From: Octopus vulgaris
Taxonomy: Eukaryota
Assembly: GCA_951406725.2 (NCBI GenBank)
Contig: OX597826.1
Span: forward strand, 65,410,001-65,474,000
Reading direction: 5' to 3'
DNA length: 64,000 nt
In this document: positions 57,270-64,000 of the stretch, one piece after another
Numbering within the stretch: the stretch's first letter is position 1
How the letters are laid out: each line of letters begins with the position of its first letter
Made by a program: the position numbers and the translations under genes
Notes under the pieces: model-generated
Databases searched by the model: none
The model's input: the letters and a program-made list of their open reading frames with translations, nothing else
What the model was told of the DNA's origin: nothing

Positions 57270-57702
57270 AAAATCTTTCCAAGGATGAGGTTTCCTGGAA
57301 AGGTCCGAGGATGAGACTTCCTAGAAAGTTCCAAGGATGCGACTTCCTGGGAAGTTCCGAGGATAGTCTTCCTGGAAAGTTCCGAGGGTGATACTCCCGA
57401 GAAAGTTCCGAGAATGAAACTTCCTGGCAAATTTCGTGGACTTCCTGGAAAGATCCTAGGATGGTACTTCCTGGATAGTTCCGATGATGAGACTTCCTGG
57501 AAAATTCTGATGATTTCGTGGAAAGTTCCAAGTATGAAACATCCAGGAAAGTTCTCAGGATGAGACCTCCTGGAAAATTCCGAGGATGAGAATTTCTGGA
57601 AAGTTCCGAGGGAGATACTTCCTGGAAAGTTCCGATGATGAGACTTCCTGGTAAATTCCAATGATTACCTGGAATGTTGCAAGGATGAAACTTCCAGGAA
57701 AA
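57270..57702. repeat. 26-bp minisatellite (about 16 diverged units)
   Basis: Consensus ttcctggaaagttccgaggatgagac; starts at 57292, 57318, 57344... Confidence 0.9.
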
Positions 57703-57995
57703 TCATGCACAGTTTATCTCGATATGAGATCACTATGTCACGTACATATGGTTGTGAGGCATGTGCCTGGTGTAGCCTTATCAGACGGGTAGTCATGATG
57801 GGTATGCTACGCTTTGTATATTTGACCCCAGTGTCACTTTTTTGGCATGCACTGCTCTCTCACTCAAGAAGAAGAAGAAGAAGAAAGTACTGCTTGTTTG
57901 AGGTCCTTGTTGTGACTTGACAGACAGTACAAACTGCCAGTAGACAATATCTTCAGTCAACAACATCCAAATATTGGATATTGTGCAACATCTTA

Positions 57996-58041
<46 letters not shown>

Positions 58042-58451
58042 GTAATAATAATAGTAATAATAATAATAATAATTTCTACTATAGGCAGGAGGCCTAGATT
58101 TTGTGGGTAGGAAAAGAGTCAATCACTGGTACTTAATTTATTGACCCTGAAAGGATGAAAGGCAAACTCAACCTTGGTGGAATTTGAACTCAGAATTTTG
58201 TCTATTGTGACAGACAGAATACCACTAAGCATTTCACCCAGCATGCTAACGATTCTGCCAGTTCACCACCTTAATAATAACAATAATAATAATAGTAATA
58301 ATAATAATAACAGTAACTACTCACCATGTTTGAGAAGCAGAAATAATTATATTACAGAGTAAAATCCAGATTGTATTGGGTACAAATTTGGGCTGGAAAA
58401 CAATAATTGATAGTAACAATAACAATAACAATCATCATCATCATCATCATC

Positions 58452-58502
<51 letters not shown>

Positions 58503-58872
58503 TTAATAATAATAATAGTGTGCTGAAAGGAATTTTGGGGTGTTTGACTAAATCACCTCTGGAAACATGAGTGTTTCATTCATCATCCTTAAACAAACCT
58601 TATTCAGGGACCTTTTGAACGGGATGAGTTACTCGACCAGAAGATAATTCAAACTGGACCCCACCTGCAAGGTCATGTGCTGTTTATCTTGATATGAGAT
58701 TACCATGTCGCGCACGTATGGTTGTGATGCATGTACCTAGTGTACCCTTATCAGACGGGTAGTCATGATGGGTATACTGGGCTTCGCATATTTTACCCCA
58801 GTGTCACTTTGATGGCATGCACTGCTCTCTCACTCAATAATAATAATAATCTTTTGGATTAAAATATTTTAG

Positions 58873-59041
58873 TCATAGGAGTGGCTATGTGGTAAGTAGC
58901 TTGCTTACCAACCACATGGTTCCCGGTTCAGTCCCACTGCATGGTACCTTGGGCAAGTGTCTTCTACTATAGCCTCGGCCGACCAAAGCCTTGTGAGTGG
59001 ATTTGGTAGACGGAAACTGAAAGAAGCCCATCGTATATATG

Positions 59042-59093
<52 letters not shown>

Positions 59094-59305
59094 TGTGTCT
59101 ATGTTTGTGTCCCCCCCCCCCCAACATCACTTGACAACCGATGGTGGTGTGTTTATGTCCCCATAACTTAGCAGTTCGGCAAAAGAGACCGATAGAATAA
59201 GTACTAGGCTTACAAAGAATAAGTCCTGGGATCGATTTGCTCGACTAAAGGCGGTGCTCCAGCATGGCCACAGTCAAATGACTGAAACAAGTAAAAGAGT
59301 AAAAG
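58873..59305 (+). mobile_element. tRNA-derived SINE
   Basis: Same family as 2416-2808. Confidence 0.85.
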
Positions 59306-59460
59306 TTTAAAATGGATTATATTTAATTGGATAAATATGTTAAAAATAAAGTTGGCTATTCCCTATTTTAGACAAAGTGCAACTAGTCATAGCTAACATT
59401 TCTATGGCTAAAATATTTGATAATAAATGTGTGAATTTAGTTAAGGCAAAGAGATGCATA

Positions 59461-59858
59461 TCATTATATATATAAAAGAGAGGTTGTGTGCTGTCTGTCT
59501 CCTACGATTTAGATTCCTAACTACTCCCACATTTTGCGGTGCAGTTTAACCAAAACCGGGTATCTTATAGTCGTGATTCATATCGAGCCCTTCTGGGTAT
59601 TAGCGCGCATCTATGATGAGTCTACAATTTTAAAAAAAATTACCATCAATTTTTCCCATTTTTAATGCAATTTTGGCATATATAAGGGAAGTAACTCTCT
59701 AAAAATTTATTATTAAATCTCAGAACGTAAAAAGCTACAGTAACACCCCCCACTTTGTGGTTAGCCATATTGAGATGGCTATTATACTTTACATCTCTAA
59801 AAATGCTTATATAGTTATTTCCCTTACAAATCCGAGCAACGCCGGGCGATACTGCTAG
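59461..59858 (+). mobile_element. Non-autonomous Helitron
   Basis: A|TCattatatatataaaa ... ccgagcaacgccgg hairpin ... CTAG|T; no TSD. Confidence 0.7.
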
Positions 59859-60927
59859 TATTAAATACAGGGTGATTCAAAAGTCTCTATACATAGGAAA
59901 AATTTATGTGTTTACAAGAGGAGGAGGGGAGGAGGAGGGGCGGGAGGAGGAGGAGATGGGGTGGGGGAGGAGATGGGAGGGGAGGGGAGGGGATGATGAG
60001 GGGAGGGAGGAGGGGGAGGAGGATAATTTACCTTATCTTATCTAACTAATTTTACCCCTGCCAAATTTCTTTTATATACTCAAAGATCGGCGATAATTTT
60101 CTGAAACAGTGACCAGATTAGGTTATGATGCTTTTAATATATTTAGGGAAGGCCATTTACTTAGTTGATGTAGTTTTTGTAAGGTAATGAAAAAATGATT
60201 TTTTACTAAGTCAAAAATGCAGTATAAAAAACACCTGATCTTGTCCCACTCCTATCCATTTTTCTGAAAGTTATGAGGAAAACCAGTGGGTTGGTATACA
60301 TTTCCCAAAACTCCTCTCGCTACCCCCTCGGAAATTTTTACCCAACATACATGGAATCTACGGCATCTGAAAATTTCGTTAAAAAGTATCCATTTTCCTG
60401 TTACGAGGCGGGGAAAAACGAGTAGGCGCTCGGGACGGCCCTTCCGTTTGCTACCGCAGGACCCCACAAGAAACACATATTGCCTACGTAACACTAAGTT
60501 ACTGTCGCGGCAAATGACCCTTAGATGACACTCTCACCTGGTCAGGTGAAAAGAAAAGAAACAGAAAATAATACTGATCCAATTGGAATAGCTTTGATCA
60601 TAGGTCTGTTCGATTACGATTAACTTGTAAAACTAGAATTTTTCAAACTGACGATAAGTAACTTGTCAATAGTTTGTTATTTGATAACAAATAAGTAATC
60701 TCACTTTAAACTATGTTCTTTTAAATACTATGCTGCACTCCACTTAATTCCTCTATGTCACCGCTTAATTGTTAATAAATAACATAAATGTAAGAAAAAT
60801 AGTCGTAAAGGCCAGAACAGTTGTAAAATTCGAGCAATTTCTGCATAATTTATATACAAAATAAAAAGGAAGACCAGGTTTTTCAAATCACTAAAATAAA
60901 ACGATTGAGAAATTACAAGTTACTTAC

Positions 60928-60990
60928 ATTTATCATCGTGGTATCTTGAATATTTGAATTATTGAAGTAAAAAGGTGTTTAAATAATGAA
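60928..60990 (-). CDS. Putative exon 1 (5' UTR plus start) of Cys-rich Sushi-like repeat gene; 5' end uncertain
   Basis: Minus strand reads ...ccacgATGATAAAT|gtaagt, a consensus donor at 60927-60922. The terminal AT joined to the first G of the exon at 53621 forms AT|G in frame with a signal peptide (MAWCLLLQFILL...). Confidence 0.45.
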
Positions 60991-61072
60991 AATGGGTGTC
61001 TACTTCCTGCTTTCTGCTTTCGTTTTTTTCTTCTTTTTTTTTTTCTCTGTTTCAGAATACAAAAGCTTTTAG

Positions 61073-61140
<68 letters not shown>

Positions 61141-61284
61141 TGTGTACAGTGCTCAGGTGCACTACAACTCATCTAAAGTCTATATATAATCAGGTGTAGT
61201 TTCGGCGGATTTCGGAAAGCATGAGGGCCTTAAAGGATGCAGTGTCGTGACAGTCAACAACTGACGCAGGCAGTTTATTCCATG

Positions 61285-62099
61285 TGTAGCGTGGCAGTTC
61301 AGCAAGGGTGAAAAATGACTATAGCGATTGCTAATATCTTCACTGGGTGAAAGGCGAGGCAGGAATGATCTCGTTTGAGGTTACAACCATCTTGGTCAAA
61401 CTTTTCTTGTGCTAAACACTAATTTGATTGGCTGACAGGACACGAGTGGTCTCTACGTGTTTCGCGCCACTGGGTAACATGTGACACGAGGTTCCCTCCT
61501 AAGTCCGCCACTGATTGGCACGTGACGCGAATTGTCTCGACTTATTTTCGCGCGATAATTGCGAATCAGCCAATCAAGACTTTCGGTTAAAATTCCATTT
61601 TCTGGGGTTCGGTGAGCCAACCGAACAGTATAAAAGCAGGATTTCACAGGCACTTGGGTCTTGGTTTCCAGTTCTTTTAAGAGCTAACTTAGACCTCTGC
61701 TGCTCAACTAGAGATATGCGATTGTCTCTGCTACTGCCGTTGCTACACTAATCTATACAACTACTGAAAGCCTCTCAAGTAGATTCCAGCATCTTGCCCT
61801 ATGAACAGTAAACTAAATGCCATGGTTAATGCTATGTTCAGTGCCTTTGGGTATGCTTCACGCCACCCGAACACACCGACACAAAACGGGCTTACGCTTA
61901 CGAACTCTTAGAATCCACATGATTGTAAAATATGTAAAATAAATAATATTTATCTACCAACAGAAGACTTGTATCCATTCACTTATGTCCTATCGTCGTT
62001 ATATGTATTTTATGGCTTTTGAATAATTCGTTGAGAATAGAACCGCGTGCAATCGTATTTTCCTAAACGATACGACCAAGCGTGATCCTATTTCTTACA
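61285..62099 (+). mobile_element. Solo LTR (815 bp) inserted in a CR1-like LINE tail
   Basis: TGTA...TACA termini; 4-bp TSD catg (61281-61284, 62100-62103); CCAAT boxes, TATAAAA near 61629, AATAAA near 61939. The host LINE tail is continuous across the insertion (compare 63500-63760). Confidence 0.85.
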
Positions 62100-63494
62100 C
62101 ATGCTTCAGCAACTCTGAGCGTGAAAAAATGTTTCCGAAAGTCATGGGAGCTGTGTTGTTTTCTGAAAAGTTAGACACATGGAGATAATGTCATGATGTA
62201 CATTGAACTGAAGTATATTTAATTATTTTTAGTTTTATTTTTCTTCTGGCGGTCATATCTATTTATAGGTGTGATTTGGAAATTCCAACTTCTTCAGTTT
62301 GTGCATTCATGCACACACACACACATATACACACACACACGGATAGTATGGCTATAATACATGTGTGGGTGATATAAATACCAGAGATGGATTCCTCTTG
62401 CCTTCTTTCATCAACTATAGCCACTTTGGACAAGTTTCAGCTGTCATGCCTATCTCCTTGGCTTTCTTCTGGGTTCCACTCATAACTTCTCTGGAAATAG
62501 CACACTGATCCAGCCGGGAAGTTGCAGTAGCTAACTTTGTTGTGTAATAAGGCCACATGCCATCTCTTGACCAGGGTCTCATCAACTTTGTCCCATTTCG
62601 TTTCCTTTACCTGGTGGGAAATCTAAAATCTGGTTTTTCCAGTTTCCTTCACAGTTTCAGTTTTCCACACTTTTCATCTTGTTGGTGTGTCCTACTTACT
62701 CAACCTCAGAGAGAAGTAATGACACGGAAAAAATCGATTATCACTAAGAAAAAAAAACTCGGATTTTTTTTATTCAACCTCAGAGAGAAGCAATGAAGTA
62801 ATGACACGGAAAAAGACTGCAGTGGCCACTTTTGCTTTGTGACTTTGTCACAACTTGGGTAGAGGCAATGGAAAAGCTGTGCAGTAAGTTCATGCAAAGG
62901 TGGTCAGGCGTTCCCCCAAATTTCAGTTCAGTGGTCAGTAAGTTCATACAGAGGTGGTCAGGCATTCCCCACAAATTTCGGAGCCAAAAATTGCAAAAAG
63001 ATATTTTTGGTACTGAAATGTTTAATTTTTGTGTGGGGGGAGAGAGAGAGAAAGAGAAAGAGAAAGAGAGAGAGAGAGAGTGAGTGGTTGACAAAGTTTA
63101 CCTAAACATTGAATGGGTAACAATCTATCATGATTATATATCATCATCATCATCACCATCATCGTTCAACTTCTGCTTTCCCTGATGGCATGGGTTGATC
63201 AGTTTGACTGAGGACTGGCAAGCCAGGAAAATCTATTCAGAATTATTATATATATTATATGCAGTGATTTTATGGGGTAGGAAAAAGATATTTTGTTAAT
63301 ATTTTGCTTTTACTCCATTTCACTCATACATGCAAAAACTCTAACATGTTTTTTTAAAGATGAATTTATCTTCTATCTCTCCACTGACTTCAATAACCTC
63401 TTCATCTTCACTTATTCATTTCAAGCATCTTTTAATTTTCAATCTAATGTAATCCACACTCTCTCGAAAATATATTTCTGCAAAATGTTATACT

Positions 63495-63758
63495 TTAGGA
63501 AACATTTTTCACGCTGAAGCATGGAACAAACTGCCGTCATCAGTTGTTAGTTGTCGGAGCACTGCATCCTTCAAAACTTCCATGCTTCCTGAGATTCGCC
63601 AACACTACACCTGATTTTCTCCCCTACGTACACACACAAGCATGTATCTGGCTCATACATTGTTCGCTTTCCAGACATTTGTACATTACTGCATATACTT
63701 TATACGCACTTTCTGACAAGTTGTGGTGCACCTGAGCACTGTATACAATAATTTCATT

Positions 63759-63760
<2 letters not shown>
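63495..63760 (+). mobile_element. CR1/L2-like LINE 3' tail; inverted copy at 61141-61284 plus 62100-62200
   Basis: aaacatttttcacgct..gaagcatggaacaaactgcc...gcacctgagcactgta followed by (tta)n. Confidence 0.7.
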
Positions 63761-63792
<32 letters not shown>

Positions 63793-64000
63793 CTTCCGAC
63801 GCCGATGGACGTACGTGAATCAGCTCTGTGAGTTTTGTGCCAATTTTATTGGAAATTTTTTAATAAGCTTGATTATTTTTTAATATTTTTGTAGCCAAAC
63901 CGACCGGCTTCTTGCGGAGCTCGTCGGTTGGGCGAAATTTTGCCCCATTCGGGGTGAAATTACTGTCTATCCTTTTGAAATTGACATTTTTTGCACACAC

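Noticed and set aside
57270-57702. CRISPR-like array
   Set aside because: Units are head-to-tail with no unique spacers, the context is eukaryotic and no cas genes are present
59915-60022. G-rich purine tract as a regulatory G-quadruplex
   Set aside because: Low-complexity (GGA/GGG)n tract after a TIR-like fragment; nothing supports function

Overview
Eukaryotic, AT-rich, microsatellite- and transposon-dense DNA. The SINE/RTE/Penelope repertoire looks cephalopod (Octopus-like), which is an inference. Most ORFs in the track are microsatellite or TE artefacts. The main signal is a spliced minus-strand gene the ORF track mostly misses, spanning about 60.9 kb to 3.6 kb. It encodes a signal peptide, a 6-Cys N-terminal domain and eight 49-aa, 6-Cys, Trp-containing Sushi/CCP-like modules. 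Seven modules are on symmetric phase 1-1 exons of 147 bp and the last is on a 180-bp exon. Five of these exons look identical because each sits in a ~7.85 kb unit repeated five times in tandem (~6.6-45.3 kb). SNP sharing gives the array an A-B-A-B-C structure with diverged edges. Each unit also carries a U6 snRNA-SINE chimera, an internally deleted Chapaev3-like DNA transposon, RTE fragments and two inverted-repeat pairs. Substitutions between paralogous exons are almost all non-synonymous. A 1-nt frameshift separates the signal peptide from the rest of the protein. The window also holds a near-intact hammerhead ribozyme in a Penelope tail and a solo LTR just upstream of the putative first exon. 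All alignments were done by eye; no database search was possible.
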